A stretch of DNA of 64,000 bases from an uncultured Ruminococcus sp. (GCA_964472035.1 CAYYIT010000007.1:279-64278); one strand, 5' to 3'. Shown: positions 37,833 to 49,504, counted from the first letter of the stretch. Made by a program: numbers and translations. The notes: a model not told the origin generated them from the letters alone.

Positions 37833-38660
37833 CTATATTTTCTGATAAAGCCATTTGAATAACTGTGTTGCTTCAATTGTCGGTTCATTGAACAGCAGCA
37901 TCTGGCCGCTTGTGCCATCCACGAGAAGCTTTACCGCAACGGTCATGGTTATCACGGCACAGGCTGCTTCCAGAATTCCGGCGACAAAACCGAGCAGTCG
38001 GTTGCAGCGTCGGATATGCATCATTTCTTCAAGGCTGCTTGCCATATTTGCGATCACGCTGATGATGATCACGATCACAAGCTCCAGCAGCAGGAATAAC
38101 GCCATTCTGACAAGCTGCAGGTAACCTGCGCGGTAGTAATCGCGCTCGAGCGCGACTGCCGCCGCAAGCTTGGTCTCTTCGTTAAGGCTGCTGCGGAATT
38201 CTCGCAGGAAATCGGGATTCTCTGCGAACACCTGTGTCATTGCCATATCGTTCTGCGATGAAAGCACCGGATCGAGCAGATGCTGTGCAGCATTGCCGAG
38301 GGCATCGGAATACCACTGCGGCACATCGTCCGCTGCATTCATGCTCTGCAGAGCAGCGCTGTCATATTCTTCGGGAACTGTGCCGTCCTGCGTACTTTTG
38401 AGAAGCTGCGCCATTGTGTCATAGATCTGCTGTTCCTCAAGAACCTGCTGTACATTATTGATAATATTGTCCTGATAGATCAGTTCGTATACGGAGGGGG
38501 CAAGTGCCTTGCTGCCGAAGAATCCGACAACAAATGCGAGGATCGTGCTGATCAGCTGAAAGACGATCCTGTTAAAGCCCTTGGCCACCGCTGCATAGAT
38601 GATCCCAACTGCCAGCGTTACTGCCAGCACATCGTAGAACCACCAGAATTGTGTACCCAT
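37833..38660 (-). CDS. CvpA-like integral membrane protein
   Basis: 275 aa. The N-terminal TM helices FWWFYDVLAVTLAVGIIYAAVAKGF...LISTILAFVVGFF resemble the CvpA family. Confidence 0.55.
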   Translation of the reverse strand: MGTQFWWFYDVLAVTLAVGIIYAAVAKGFNRIVFQLISTILAFVVGFFGSKALAPSVYELIYQDNIINNVQQVLEEQQIYDTMAQLLKSTQDGTVPEEYDSAALQSMNAADDVPQWYSDALGNAAQHLLDPVLSSQNDMAMTQVFAENPDFLREFRSSLNEETKLAAAVALERDYYRAGYLQLVRMALFLLLELVIVIIISVIANMASSLEEMMHIRRCNRLLGFVAGILEAACAVITMTVAVKLLVDGTSGQMLLFNEPTIEATQLFKWLYQKI

Positions 38661-38675
38661 TCCATCCCCTCCCTG

Positions 38676-39833
38676 CTACTTGACGCTGACACGATCGATC
38701 ATGTCATAGCCGAGAAGGTAGAAATACTTTCCGTGCTTGATCACGGATTCGTAAGCATCCTCCACGGGGGTCTGTGTCATCTGCTCTCCGCTGAACGCAT
38801 AACCGGTAACGCTGGCATTGTTGAGGAGATAGGCGGTATCGCCATCCATCGCAACGCCCTTTGCGATCGTATCGAACGAAACGCACACCGGTGCTGCGGA
38901 AGGCTCCGACAGCAGGATCAGCTCGGACTTACGGCGCTGCTCATTCTTGAGCAGTACAGCGGCACGGTTTTCGTCAAACGCAAAATCCGTCAGTGTACCG
39001 GTATAATCATAGGTACTCAGAAGTGCGCCCGTGCTGCTATAATATGCACATCTGGTATCACCGATTACAAGCGCACCGCCGTCCGCGAGTGCATACACAT
39101 GAAGGCAGAGTGTAGGGAACGGTTCTGTGGACCACTTGACGCCCTCCTCCTCAAAGGAGATATACTGCAGGGTCGTTGTCAGATCACCGTCATCAGCACC
39201 GAGCGTTGCCAGAATACAGCCCTTCTCATAGATGCTCACATCCAGCAGGCGTTCCACGCAGTCACGGGTGTAAACAAGCTTTCCGGATGCATCATAGACG
39301 GACAGGCGGCAGGCATAGGTCGAAGACTCCGTAACGATCGCAACATAATTGTTTTTGCCGATCGCCGCAAACTGGATCGGAGAATCCATTGTCACTTCGT
39401 AGAGCTTTTTGCCGGGGGTATCCACACGGAAGTTAGTGCCGCCATGGGAATAGACCAAGCTTCTGGAATCATTTGTCTTTATGATCGCGTTACTGTACGC
39501 GTGCTGGCGGCTGTCCTTCAGGCTGCCGTCAGTTCCATAAATATAGAGGTATTTGTCACACAGAATGAACATGCTGCTTTCGATGAACTCGGCGTAAAAG
39601 TCCACACCGCCGGAAACGGACAGCGGAAAATAACCTTCCGCATCTGCATTTTCATTCTGTGTGATATTCTGGTACTTGGTACCGATATTTTCAAGCTTCG
39701 GAAACCAGACATTCCGTTTGGAATAAATAAAGGCACACACTGCGGCAACAAACACGACGATCAGCAGTTTTCCCAAACGTCGGCGTCTTTTTTTCCGCAG
39801 CCGTGCCTGAACAACATCCACTGTGTTTGCCAT
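38676..39833 (-). CDS. Hypothetical membrane-anchored protein (one N-terminal TM, beta-rich ectodomain)
   Basis: 385 aa. KKRRRRLGKLLIVVFVAAVCAFIY is followed by a repetitive beta-strand-like sequence. Confidence 0.5.
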   Translation of the reverse strand: MANTVDVVQARLRKKRRRRLGKLLIVVFVAAVCAFIYSKRNVWFPKLENIGTKYQNITQNENADAEGYFPLSVSGGVDFYAEFIESSMFILCDKYLYIYGTDGSLKDSRQHAYSNAIIKTNDSRSLVYSHGGTNFRVDTPGKKLYEVTMDSPIQFAAIGKNNYVAIVTESSTYACRLSVYDASGKLVYTRDCVERLLDVSIYEKGCILATLGADDGDLTTTLQYISFEEEGVKWSTEPFPTLCLHVYALADGGALVIGDTRCAYYSSTGALLSTYDYTGTLTDFAFDENRAAVLLKNEQRRKSELILLSEPSAAPVCVSFDTIAKGVAMDGDTAYLLNNASVTGYAFSGEQMTQTPVEDAYESVIKHGKYFYLLGYDMIDRVSVK

Positions 39834-39895
39834 ACAGCACGTCCTCCTTTTTTGTTCTGTTCACTGCTTTCTCTCTTTTCTGTGCAGTCATTCGT

Positions 39896-40630
39896 CTAAT
39901 AAAACACCCTGTTCAGGTACAGACCATGGGGTGCGGCAGTCATACCGGCAAGCTCGCGCTTTCCGGCTGCCATGATCGCATCCAGCTCCGAAAGCGGGAT
40001 CCTGCCCTCATTGACATAGAGCAGGGTTCCCACCATGATCCTAACCATATTATACAGAAATCCGGTGCCTTTTACAAGCATTTTAATGGTTTCTCCATCA
40101 ATTTCTACATCGAAACTATGAATTGTCCGGACTGTGTTAGCAGTTTCTGCACAATTTGTACAAAACGAGCGGAAATCATGCGTTCCGACAAAATGCTGCG
40201 CCGCTTCCCTGACGAGATCGGCATGGAAGGGCCGGCGGTACAGGCACGCGAGATCCGTAGCAAAGGGATTCTTGCTCTCGCTGTTATGGATCAGATACAG
40301 GTATTCCTTGCCAAGACAGCTGAATCTTGCATGAAAATCCTCCGGTGCCTCCTCACAGGAGAGGATGGAAATATCATCCGGAAGCTCTCCGTTCACGCCG
40401 CGGACAAATCCCTTCAGCGGGATCTGACTGTTCGTCTGCACGGAAAAGCAGTACTGCTTGGCATGCACACCGGTATCGGTTCTTGAACAGCCATGAATGG
40501 TGATCGGTTCATTCAGGACCTTGCCTGCACAGCGTTCCACGACCTCCTGGATGGTCAGGGCATTATTCTGGCGCTGGTAACCGTGGTACGCTGTACCACG
40601 GTATGCCATCATTACTTTCAAATTTCTCAC
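39896..40630 (-). CDS. truA: tRNA pseudouridine(38-40) synthase
   Basis: YRGTAYHGYQRQ...GCSRTDTGVHA catalytic Asp motif. Confidence 0.9.
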   Translation of the reverse strand: MRNLKVMMAYRGTAYHGYQRQNNALTIQEVVERCAGKVLNEPITIHGCSRTDTGVHAKQYCFSVQTNSQIPLKGFVRGVNGELPDDISILSCEEAPEDFHARFSCLGKEYLYLIHNSESKNPFATDLACLYRRPFHADLVREAAQHFVGTHDFRSFCTNCAETANTVRTIHSFDVEIDGETIKMLVKGTGFLYNMVRIMVGTLLYVNEGRIPLSELDAIMAAGKRELAGMTAAPHGLYLNRVFY

Positions 40631-40650
40631 ATTTTCCTCATTTCACAGGA

Positions 40651-43500
40651 TCATTCATTGTTTTTCTTTAACTTCTTGTCATCCAGTTCCTCGGAGAGGA
40701 TCTCATCGAGGTCCTTCTGTTCTTCGGAGACCTCAGCAGCTGCGATCTCTTCCGCAGCGGAAGCGCCGGCAGCAGCGGATGCAGCGGACTTGCGGCGGCG
40801 TTCAAGGTACCACAGCACAATAAGAACAGCTGCGCAGCCGATGGAGATGATCAGACCGGGGATAAAACCGCTGGGACTGTAATGCAGGGACACCTTATGG
40901 GTTCCTGCAGTGAGCTTTACACCGCAGATCGCGCCGAAGAGACGTTCCACCTCAACGGACTTGCCGTCCACCTTGGCGCTCCATCCGGTTTCATAGGGCA
41001 TTGCAAGGTACAGGTAGCCATCCTCCTTCACGGTCACATTACCGCTGAACGATGTATCGGAGAATGCAGTCAGCTCCAGCTTTTCATCAGCCAGCAGTGC
41101 ATAGCCGCGGTCGAGTACATCCTGATTGAGCTTGCAGAAATACACAGTGGCACTGCCGCGGACGGTCTCGTCCTTCAGATTGGCACGGAGGGTAACACGT
41201 TCGCCTTCTGCAAAATGGCCCACAGGTGTAATGTACGGCTGACGGCCAGTATTGTAACCATGGAGCTTGGTATCGCCCTGGTACACATCGAGGTAATCTG
41301 CATTGGAAGTAGAGTTGGCTGCTGTTGTCTGCTTGATATGGGTAAATGCGTAGTACATACCATCCTGCGGAGCAGTATAGTTATACTTAAGATAGAGGTT
41401 GGTCTTATCAGCATCCTCAGCAACAGTATACTGATACATTCCGAGACCGGTACGGGAAACATTGACGCCGGTATGTCCGACATCGGTGATATCGATCACA
41501 GTGAAGAGATCCTCATTGAGTCCGGTCATCTTCCGGAACAGGTCGTTCTGGATCTCAAATGCATTCATTGAGGTGTCAAAGGTGTAGGTACCCACTGCCT
41601 CGTCCATCATGTAGCCGATGGGGAGATAGTACTGGTTCTCATACATCTTCACAGCACCGCTCTGGCCGATCTCGGTCATGTTGGCATCGGCATTGTAGCC
41701 GTCCTTGGCAAGGACATAACGGATCGTCAGCATCATATTGGTCAGCGGAGAGGTATTGACATAGAAATAACGGTTGCCTGCCTCACCTGCGGGAATGCTC
41801 AGCATACGCATGAACGTCGTCACGCTCTTGTTTGCCATGGAAGAGAACTGGGACACGCCGTCGTAATTATAAAGACAGGGGTCATTGAGGGTATACCAGC
41901 TGGTCAGCTCCGTTCTGTTGAAATACTCACCGGAGGTCGCCTGTGCCTGATCCACGAGAACCGTGATATCACTGCCCTTGGAAGGATAGCTTTTGCGGTC
42001 GGAGCTTCCGACGGTATCCACACCATTGATCGCCTGGGTAGCCATTTCGAAGGTCAGCACTGCGGCGAGCAGCCACTGCACCACCTGCTTCGGGGCAAAC
42101 TCACGGAGCAGGATGATGATCACATAAATGGCACCGAGGATCGCGCTTGCCCAGATATACTGCTTGCTCTCGTCGGGACGCGCATAGTAGGCTGCGGTGC
42201 AGAACACGATTCCGGAGATGATCATCATGATCCAGAGTGAAATACTGAACTTTTCGTTCAAAAGGATCTGGTATGCACGGTACGCTGCCACAAGAAGTAC
42301 GAAGGAGAACAGGAACGAGAAACGATACGGCAGCATATTGGTAAAGTGGAAGCCATGCCAGATAAAGTTGAGGACATTCATATTGCAGCTGACGATCAGG
42401 AAGACCAGGATCAGTACAGCGGCAATTTTCTCGCGGATACGGATCTCCTTTGCTGCAAGGAATACACCCAGCAGCAGCACAGGGAGCAGGCCGCAATAGA
42501 GGTTCGGAAGACCGCTCTTGGCGGTGGGATCTGTGAAAGCGAGCATGTTGGAGATAATGTCCACCCAGCTTTCATAGTACTTGATCTTATCCGGGAAGGT
42601 ATTGTTCGCACTGTTCGTCAGCTGCAGCGCCTGATACGTCGGGATCAGGAGCCATGCCGAAAGTCCTGCGCCGCACAGGGAACAGCCTGCGATCTGGGCA
42701 AAACGCTTGCCGAAGGTCTTGAGATCCAGCTTCTCAAACAGACAGAGACAGAAGAATGCGATGACAGTAAAGATACAGATAAAGTATGCGATATAGTAGT
42801 TCGTAAACAGTGCAAGTGCAAGGGAAATAACGTAGGTACGGTATTTTCCTTCACGCACCAGTGCAACGAGTCCAAGCATCACAAGGGGCAGAAGGGCAAC
42901 GGTATCGATCCAGATGACGTTCCAGTAATAGCCCATCATGTAGCTGCAAAGCGCAAACATCACGCCGAACATGGTGATGGAAATGTCATTCTTTCCGAAC
43001 ACATAGCGCAGCATCTTTGCAAAGAAGAAGCCAGCAAAGGAAAGCTTGAGCATCAGGATCACTGTAAACGCCTCGCGCAGATGCTCTGCCGGCACGAAAA
43101 TGGTCAGCAGATTCAACGGGCTTGCACAGTAATATGCCATCAAGGACAGGAAATTGGATCCCAAACCTGAACGCCAGGTATACAGCAGCGATCCGCCCGA
43201 CTGCAGCTTTTCATGCAGTGTTTCAAGGAACGGATAGTACTGGTGCCACAGGTCCGTTACGAGGAACTGTCTGTCTCCGAACGGATGGATCTTTTCCATC
43301 GCAAAACCGATTCCCATGAGCAGGAACGGCAGAATGAACGCGAGGATCTCCCAGAAATGATTGTAGAAGAATCCGCTTCTCTGCAGCGTGACAACAGTAG
43401 AGCCGTCACTTCGTTTTTCTGTCTTCTGCACAATCTTGGAAACAGAACGCTGGTGTGCAGCCTTCCGTTTTTCAAGATTGCTTTTTACCTTCTTTGCCAT
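40651..43500 (-). CDS. YfhO-family polytopic membrane protein (putative glycosyltransferase)
   Basis: 949 aa with more than 12 TM helices and DLWHQYYPFL near the N-terminus. Confidence 0.75.
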   Translation of the reverse strand: MAKKVKSNLEKRKAAHQRSVSKIVQKTEKRSDGSTVVTLQRSGFFYNHFWEILAFILPFLLMGIGFAMEKIHPFGDRQFLVTDLWHQYYPFLETLHEKLQSGGSLLYTWRSGLGSNFLSLMAYYCASPLNLLTIFVPAEHLREAFTVILMLKLSFAGFFFAKMLRYVFGKNDISITMFGVMFALCSYMMGYYWNVIWIDTVALLPLVMLGLVALVREGKYRTYVISLALALFTNYYIAYFICIFTVIAFFCLCLFEKLDLKTFGKRFAQIAGCSLCGAGLSAWLLIPTYQALQLTNSANNTFPDKIKYYESWVDIISNMLAFTDPTAKSGLPNLYCGLLPVLLLGVFLAAKEIRIREKIAAVLILVFLIVSCNMNVLNFIWHGFHFTNMLPYRFSFLFSFVLLVAAYRAYQILLNEKFSISLWIMMIISGIVFCTAAYYARPDESKQYIWASAILGAIYVIIILLREFAPKQVVQWLLAAVLTFEMATQAINGVDTVGSSDRKSYPSKGSDITVLVDQAQATSGEYFNRTELTSWYTLNDPCLYNYDGVSQFSSMANKSVTTFMRMLSIPAGEAGNRYFYVNTSPLTNMMLTIRYVLAKDGYNADANMTEIGQSGAVKMYENQYYLPIGYMMDEAVGTYTFDTSMNAFEIQNDLFRKMTGLNEDLFTVIDITDVGHTGVNVSRTGLGMYQYTVAEDADKTNLYLKYNYTAPQDGMYYAFTHIKQTTAANSTSNADYLDVYQGDTKLHGYNTGRQPYITPVGHFAEGERVTLRANLKDETVRGSATVYFCKLNQDVLDRGYALLADEKLELTAFSDTSFSGNVTVKEDGYLYLAMPYETGWSAKVDGKSVEVERLFGAICGVKLTAGTHKVSLHYSPSGFIPGLIISIGCAAVLIVLWYLERRRKSAASAAAGASAAEEIAAAEVSEEQKDLDEILSEELDDKKLKKNNE

Positions 43501-43540
43501 AACATCATACTCCTCATTATTGATTCCCCGGATTTCCTAT

Positions 43541-44347
43541 TTATATCCCAGCAATATTGATCACGATGGCAGCAGCCAGAAAGAGGATGCATACCATCAG
43601 GGCAGCATAGTCACGCGGTGCTGCCTTTAATTTACGAAGCCGTGTTCTTCCCTCTCCGCCGCGGTAGCAGCGGCACTCCATTGCCGTTGCCAGCTCCTCC
43701 GCTCTGCGGAAGGCGGACACGAACAGCGGAACAAGGATGGGCACCAGTGCTTTGACACGTTCCATGAGCTTTCCGTGATCGAGGGATGCGCCCCTCGCCT
43801 TCTGTGCAGCCATGATCTTATCGGTTTCCTCCAGCAATGTCGGAATAAACCGCAGCGCAATGGACATCATCATCGCCATTTCATGCACGGGAAACCTGAT
43901 TTTCTTCATTGGTGACATCAACGCCTCGATTGCATCGGTCAGAAGGATCGGTGATGTCGTGTACGTCAGAAGCGACGACCCGACGATCAGCAGAATGATG
44001 CGTGCCATCATAAAGATGCTGGTCGTGATACCGCCCTCTGTGATCTCAAGAAACCGCCATTTCCAGAGTGTCTCGCCGTCATCAATGAGCAGCAGATTCA
44101 AAACAGCGGTAAATGCCAGGATCGGAACGATCGGTCGGACGCTTTTCCATATCATCTTTAACGGAATATGGGAAAGCTGCTGCGCCATCAGCACAAATAC
44201 TGCGCCAAGCAGCAGTGTCCAGAAGCTCTTGCCGATAAAGAGCATCACAATGAACAGCATCGTTGCAATGATCTTGAACCGCGGATCCAAACGGTGCAGA
44301 AGGCTGTCCACCGGAAAAAACTGTCCTATGGTAATATCCTTCAGCAT
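43541..44347 (-). CDS. ecfT: ECF transporter transmembrane (T) component
   Basis: MLKDITIGQFFPVDSLLHRLDPRFK...ARG...RCY. Start is trimmed to ATG 44347, which overlaps the ecfA2 stop. Confidence 0.85.
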   Translation of the reverse strand: MLKDITIGQFFPVDSLLHRLDPRFKIIATMLFIVMLFIGKSFWTLLLGAVFVLMAQQLSHIPLKMIWKSVRPIVPILAFTAVLNLLLIDDGETLWKWRFLEITEGGITTSIFMMARIILLIVGSSLLTYTTSPILLTDAIEALMSPMKKIRFPVHEMAMMMSIALRFIPTLLEETDKIMAAQKARGASLDHGKLMERVKALVPILVPLFVSAFRRAEELATAMECRCYRGGEGRTRLRKLKAAPRDYAALMVCILFLAAAIVINIAGI

Positions 44348-45222
44348 GCAGCGACGCCCCCCTTCTTCAGAAGCGGAAGCAGGACATCCCTTGCCTGTTC
44401 TATCGTGTAGACATCCTCGGGAATGGGATAGCCCCTGCGGCGAAGCTCCATCATCACGGAGGCGATCTGCGGCATCCGCAGACCCATTGCACACAGCTCC
44501 TCCCCTCTCCGGAACACAGCGGGCGTATCATCATAACAGAAGAGCTTTGCGTGATTCATCACGAGCAGCTTTTCTGTATACTGCGCCACATCCTCCATGC
44601 TATGGGAGACAAGCAGCACGGTACTCTTTGTTGTTTTCTGATAATTCCTGATCTGTCCCAGCAGTTTGCGCCTGCCCTTGGGGTCAAGACCGGCACTGGG
44701 TTCATCGAGCACAAGGACTCTCGGGCGCATCGCCATCACACCGGCGATCGCCACACGGCGTTTCTGTCCGCCGGACAGCGCAAAGGGCGAACGCTGCAGC
44801 AGGGATTCATCGAGTCCGATCATCTCGGCCGTTTCCAGAACACGCTTTTTGATCTCCGCCTCGTCCAGACCCATATTCTTCGGGCCGAAGGCAATGTCCT
44901 TGTAGACAGTCTCCTCAAAAAGCTGGTACTCCGGATACTGGAACACAAGACCGACCTGAAAACGCACCTCGCGCATTTTCTGCTTGTCCGCCCAGATGTC
45001 CCTGCCATCAAGCAGCACCTTGCCGGAGGTCGGACGGAGCAGGCCGTTGAAATGCTGCATCAGCGTGGATTTTCCGGAACCGGTATGACCGATGACACCC
45101 ACCATCGTATTCTCTTCAATCTTCAGACTGACATGGTCCACCGCAGTCTTTTCAAAGGGTGTCCCCTGACTGTAGGTATATGTCAGCGCTTCGGTTTCTA
45201 AAATGCCCAACGGCTTCACCAA
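44341..45222 (-). CDS. ecfA2: ECF transporter ATPase A2
   Basis: GHTGSGKST, LSGGQKRRVAIAG, LVLDEP. Confidence 0.85.
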   Translation of the reverse strand: MVKPLGILETEALTYTYSQGTPFEKTAVDHVSLKIEENTMVGVIGHTGSGKSTLMQHFNGLLRPTSGKVLLDGRDIWADKQKMREVRFQVGLVFQYPEYQLFEETVYKDIAFGPKNMGLDEAEIKKRVLETAEMIGLDESLLQRSPFALSGGQKRRVAIAGVMAMRPRVLVLDEPSAGLDPKGRRKLLGQIRNYQKTTKSTVLLVSHSMEDVAQYTEKLLVMNHAKLFCYDDTPAVFRRGEELCAMGLRMPQIASVMMELRRRGYPIPEDVYTIEQARDVLLPLLKKGGVAAC

Positions 45223-45258
45223 TCCTATTCCTTATGCTTTGTCTGTTTTTGCAGGGGA

Positions 45259-46125
45259 TCAGTTCTGCAGCAATGCATCGAGTGCCGCAACGCACTCGTC
45301 ATTGGTGATGATCTCATCACTGATCATGATCCCCTCCTGCCGGAGCAGGTGTGCAAGCTCGGTCACCTGCGGAACATCCAGTCCCACGGATTTGAGCGTT
45401 TCTACTTGTTTAAACACCCGTCGGGGTGTGTCATCCAGAAGGACCCTGCCGCCATCGATCACGACCACACGGTCGCTCTGCGCGGCTTCTTCCATATAGT
45501 GCGTGATCAGAACGATCGTTACGCCCTTTTCACGATTCAGCCTGCGGATGGTCTCCATGACCTCCTGCCGGCCCTGGGGATCAAGCATGGCGGTCGGTTC
45601 ATCAAGGACGATGCAGTCGGGCTGCATTGCGATGACACCGGCGATCGCCACACGCTGCTTCTGTCCGCCGGACAGCTGCGTGGGCGCATGGTTCCGGTAT
45701 TCATACATCTTCACGGCCTTCAGAGCCGCATCAACACGCTGCCGGATCTCCGCAGGATCCACGCCGAGGTTCTCGGGGGCAAATGCCACGTCCTCCTCGA
45801 CAATGGTTGCAACGATCTGGTTGTCGGGATTCTGGAACACCATACCGGCTTTCTGCCGGATCGCAAAGAGGTTCTCCTCATCGGAGGTATCCAGCCCCTC
45901 CACATAGACCTTACCCTCATCGGGCACAAGAATGGCATTGATATGCTTTGCAAAGGTGGACTTACCGCTTCCGTTATGTCCGAGAACTGCTACAAAGCTG
46001 CCTTTTTCTATCGTAATCGAGACATCCTTCAGCACCGGCTCGCTCTGCTTCTGTTCCTGCTCTTCCTCTTCAAAGCCGGCAGGATAGCGGAATACCAGAT
46101 GCTTTGCCTCAATGATCGCACTCAT
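45259..46125 (-). CDS. ecfA1: ECF transporter ATPase A1
   Basis: [28 protein letters not shown]. Start is trimmed to ATG 46125 (ATGA overlap with the upstream gene). Confidence 0.85.
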   Translation of the reverse strand: MSAIIEAKHLVFRYPAGFEEEEQEQKQSEPVLKDVSITIEKGSFVAVLGHNGSGKSTFAKHINAILVPDEGKVYVEGLDTSDEENLFAIRQKAGMVFQNPDNQIVATIVEEDVAFAPENLGVDPAEIRQRVDAALKAVKMYEYRNHAPTQLSGGQKQRVAIAGVIAMQPDCIVLDEPTAMLDPQGRQEVMETIRRLNREKGVTIVLITHYMEEAAQSDRVVVIDGGRVLLDDTPRRVFKQVETLKSVGLDVPQVTELAHLLRQEGIMISDEIITNDECVAALDALLQN

Positions 46126-47024
46126 CGGAACGCCTCGCTTCGGAATGCTTCGCTTGCATCCTCCCTGCACCATACAGCAGTGGAACCGCAGGGCAGGCAC
46201 ATGCCGCTTTCCTCAACGGGCAGACCGATCTCATCGAAATACACATGGCCGCCGAATTTCGGACAGAGCAGGCGATCCAGAATATAGCCCATCACGGACG
46301 GAGAAAGTCCGGTGGTATAGCTGTTGATCAGGAAAAACAACGGATTGTCGCTGAGGACATTCACACAGTTTTTCACAAGGTCAAAAATGCAGTTTTCGAG
46401 CTTCCACACCTCGCCGCCGGGGCCCCTGCCGTAGCTGGGAGGATCCATAATGATCGCATCATAGCGTTTTTCGCGGCGGATCTCACGGAGGGTGAACTTC
46501 TCGCAGTCATCGACGATCCAGCGGATGGGTTTGTCCTGCAGGCCGGACAGTGTTGCATTCTCCCTTGCCCACTGCACCATGCCCTTGGAGGCATCCACAT
46601 GGCAGACGGACGCGCCTGCATTGGCGCAGGCAAGCGTTGCACCGCCGGTATAGGCGAAGAGATTGAGGACGCTCACGGGTCTGCCCGCGCCGCGGATCAG
46701 GCCATCCATAAAGTCCCAGTTAACGGCCTGTTCCGGGAACAGACCGGTATGCTTAAAGCCGGTAGGACGGATCTGGAACTTCAGATCCTTGTAGGGGAGC
46801 TCCCACTGCTCCGGAAGCTTTGCGTGGAATTCCCACTTACCGCCGCCGCTGCTGCTGCGATGGTAGTGGGCGTCCGCTGTTGTCCAGAGCTTTGCTGTCT
46901 TTTTTGTTTTCCAGAGTACCTGAGGATCGGGACGGATCAGACTTACGCCATTCCAGATCTCAAGTTTTTCTCCGTCGGAAGTATCAATTACACGATAGGC
47001 TTCCCAGTTTTTTGCTGCTCTCAA
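46122..47024 (-). CDS. Class I SAM-dependent (rRNA-type, RlmI/RlmK-like) methyltransferase
   Basis: [13 protein letters not shown] (motif I) and [11 protein letters not shown] (DPPxY amino-methyltransferase motif). Confidence 0.7.
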   Translation of the reverse strand: MRAAKNWEAYRVIDTSDGEKLEIWNGVSLIRPDPQVLWKTKKTAKLWTTADAHYHRSSSGGGKWEFHAKLPEQWELPYKDLKFQIRPTGFKHTGLFPEQAVNWDFMDGLIRGAGRPVSVLNLFAYTGGATLACANAGASVCHVDASKGMVQWARENATLSGLQDKPIRWIVDDCEKFTLREIRREKRYDAIIMDPPSYGRGPGGEVWKLENCIFDLVKNCVNVLSDNPLFFLINSYTTGLSPSVMGYILDRLLCPKFGGHVYFDEIGLPVEESGMCLPCGSTAVWCREDASEAFRSEAFR

Positions 47025-47036
47025 GCCATTCTCTCC

Positions 47037-48389
47037 TTATCTGCCAACTCGTTCACGGATCTTTTCCGAAATTTCCATTGCCATATCATTGATCTGTGTG
47101 AAATCCTTGCCTTCGATCATCACGCGAATCAGCGGCTCGGTTCCGCTCTCACGCACGAGGATTCTTCCTGCATCGCCGAGGAGCTCTTCCTTGCGGTCGA
47201 TGAGATCGGTGATCTCGCTGTCATTCTTCCAGTTTTCCTTCTGGTGATTCGGGATCTTCACATTGATCATCACCTGCGGGAATTTTTCCATCACGCCGGC
47301 AAGCTCACTCATTTTCTTACCGGACGCCTTGAGGATCTCCAGCACCTTCGCACCGGAGAGCTGGCCGTCGCCCGTGGTCATTTCATCCAGGAAGATGATA
47401 TGGCCGCTCTGCTCGCCGCCGATATTATAACCGCCGTCAAGCATTTTTTCCAGAACGTATCTGTCGCCGACATTGGCGGTGATCATTTTCAGGCCCTCTG
47501 CCTTAGCAAAATGTGTAAAGCCGAGATTGGACATAACAGTCACAACTACGGCATTTGCCTTCAGCTTGCCCTGATCCTTGTAGGCCTTTGCGCAGATGGC
47601 AATGAGCTTGTCGCCGTCCACCAGCTCGCCGGTTTCATCGACGGCAAGGCATCTGTCGGCATCGCCGTCAAATGCAAGGCCGATATCGCACTGGTTTTCC
47701 ACGACAAATTCCATAAGATCTTCAATATGTGTGGAACCGCAGTCCTTGTTGATATTGGTACCATCCGGCTCCGCGTGGATGAGCATCACCTGCGCACCGA
47801 GGCGCTCGAAAAGTGTCTTTGCCGTAGCGGAGGCGCTGCCGTTTGCGCAGTCGAGCGCAACACGCAGACCCTCCGGCTTGGCTGCAATGCAGCTGTCAAC
47901 GTAGGCAATATATTCGTCCGCTGCGTCTGCATAGTATGTAATGCTGCCGACGTCAGTACCGTCCACAAGAGCGATCTGCTCCGGATGATCCAGGATCAGC
48001 GCTTCGATCTCCTCTTCGATCTCGTCAGAGAGCTTATAGCCCGTGGAGGAAAACAGCTTGATGCCGTTGAATTCCACACTGTTGTGGGATGCGGAGATCA
48101 TGACTCCGGCGTCCGCACCGCATTTTTTGACAAGATATGCCACTGCCGGCGTAGGAACCACACCGAGGATCTGCGCATCCGCACCGACGGAGCAGATGCC
48201 TGCACAGAGTGCTGCCTCCAGGATATCGGAGGAAATTCTGGTGTCCTTGCCGATCAGGATCTTCGGCCGATGGCTCGAATGCTTGGTCAGCACCATCGCT
48301 GCTGCTCTGCCGATCTGCATTGCCAGCTCACATGTCAGTTCTGTGATCGCAATGCCCCTTGCGCCATCCGTACCGAATAATCTACCCAT
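47037..48389 (-). CDS. glmM: Phosphoglucosamine mutase
   Basis: MGRLFGTDGARG...ISASHNS...GDGDADR...GGEQSGH. Start is trimmed to ATG 48389 (AAGGAG 9 nt upstream). Confidence 0.9.
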   Translation of the reverse strand: MGRLFGTDGARGIAITELTCELAMQIGRAAAMVLTKHSSHRPKILIGKDTRISSDILEAALCAGICSVGADAQILGVVPTPAVAYLVKKCGADAGVMISASHNSVEFNGIKLFSSTGYKLSDEIEEEIEALILDHPEQIALVDGTDVGSITYYADAADEYIAYVDSCIAAKPEGLRVALDCANGSASATAKTLFERLGAQVMLIHAEPDGTNINKDCGSTHIEDLMEFVVENQCDIGLAFDGDADRCLAVDETGELVDGDKLIAICAKAYKDQGKLKANAVVVTVMSNLGFTHFAKAEGLKMITANVGDRYVLEKMLDGGYNIGGEQSGHIIFLDEMTTGDGQLSGAKVLEILKASGKKMSELAGVMEKFPQVMINVKIPNHQKENWKNDSEITDLIDRKEELLGDAGRILVRESGTEPLIRVMIEGKDFTQINDMAMEISEKIRERVGR

Positions 48390-48423
48390 AATAATAGTCT
48401 CCTTATTGTATATTAGTTCATAA

Positions 48424-49485
48424 TCAGTCAACGAGCGGAAGCTGTCCGCTGTCGACGGGCTGCTCCGGTGCGACCGGATAGCCGAGATGCTCGTAGGCAA
48501 GCCTTGTGGCACAGCGGCCCCTTGGTGTTCTTGCAAGGAAGCCGAGCTGCATCAGAAAGGGCTCACAGACATCCTCGAGCGTGACTGCCTCTTCGCCGAG
48601 AGCAGCGGCGAGCGTTTCCAGTCCGACCGGACCGCCGCCATAGCCGCGGATGATCATATCCAGCATGCGTCTGTCGATGCTGTCAAGTCCGAGGTGATCG
48701 ATCTCCAGACGATCCAGCGCAACACGCGCGATCTCCTCCGTGATCTCACCGTTGCCGATGACATCGGCAAAGTCACGCACACGCTTGAGCAGGCGGTTCG
48801 CAATTCTGGGCGTTCCGCGGGAACGTCCCGCAAGCTCCAGCGCACCGTCAAGTGTGCAGGGGATCCCGAGGATCATACTGCTGCGGCGGATGATGTCCGC
48901 CAGCTGTTCCGGCGTGTACAGCTCCAGGCGCTGTACGATTCCGAAACGGTCACGCAGCGGCGCGGAAAGCTGGCCGGCTCTGGTGGTTGCACCGACAAGC
49001 GTGAATTCCGGAAGGTCCACACGCAGGGATCGCGCAGAGGGACCTTTTCCGACGATGATATCGATCGCATGATCCTCGAGTGCCGGATAGAGGATCTCCT
49101 CAACGGCACGGCTCAGACGATGGATCTCGTCGATGAACAGAACATCTCCCGGCGAGAGATTGGTCAGGATCGCGGCAAGATCACCGGGACGCTCGATCGC
49201 AGGACCGGTCGTAATGCGAAGATTTACGCCCATTTCACGGGCAATGATCGCAGAAAGCGTGGTTTTACCAAGACCGGGAGGGCCGTAGAGCAGAACGTGG
49301 TCCAGTGCACCTTCACGACGCTTTGCCGCCTCAATATAGATTGCAAGATTCTCCTTGACCTTATCCTGTCCGATGTACTCGGACAATGTCTGCGGGCGTA
49401 GTCCCTTTTCGAGGGCACCATCCTCTTCGAATTCCTCCGCGGACACCAAACGGTTATCAATGGCAAAATCGCCTGTTTCAATCAT
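48424..49485 (-). CDS. ruvB: Holliday junction branch-migration helicase RuvB
   Basis: [19 protein letters not shown]...GPPGLGKTT...DEIHRL. Confidence 0.9.
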   Translation of the reverse strand: MIETGDFAIDNRLVSAEEFEEDGALEKGLRPQTLSEYIGQDKVKENLAIYIEAAKRREGALDHVLLYGPPGLGKTTLSAIIAREMGVNLRITTGPAIERPGDLAAILTNLSPGDVLFIDEIHRLSRAVEEILYPALEDHAIDIIVGKGPSARSLRVDLPEFTLVGATTRAGQLSAPLRDRFGIVQRLELYTPEQLADIIRRSSMILGIPCTLDGALELAGRSRGTPRIANRLLKRVRDFADVIGNGEITEEIARVALDRLEIDHLGLDSIDRRMLDMIIRGYGGGPVGLETLAAALGEEAVTLEDVCEPFLMQLGFLARTPRGRCATRLAYEHLGYPVAPEQPVDSGQLPLVD

Positions 49486-49504
49486 GTACTCCGACTCCTG
49501 TTAC

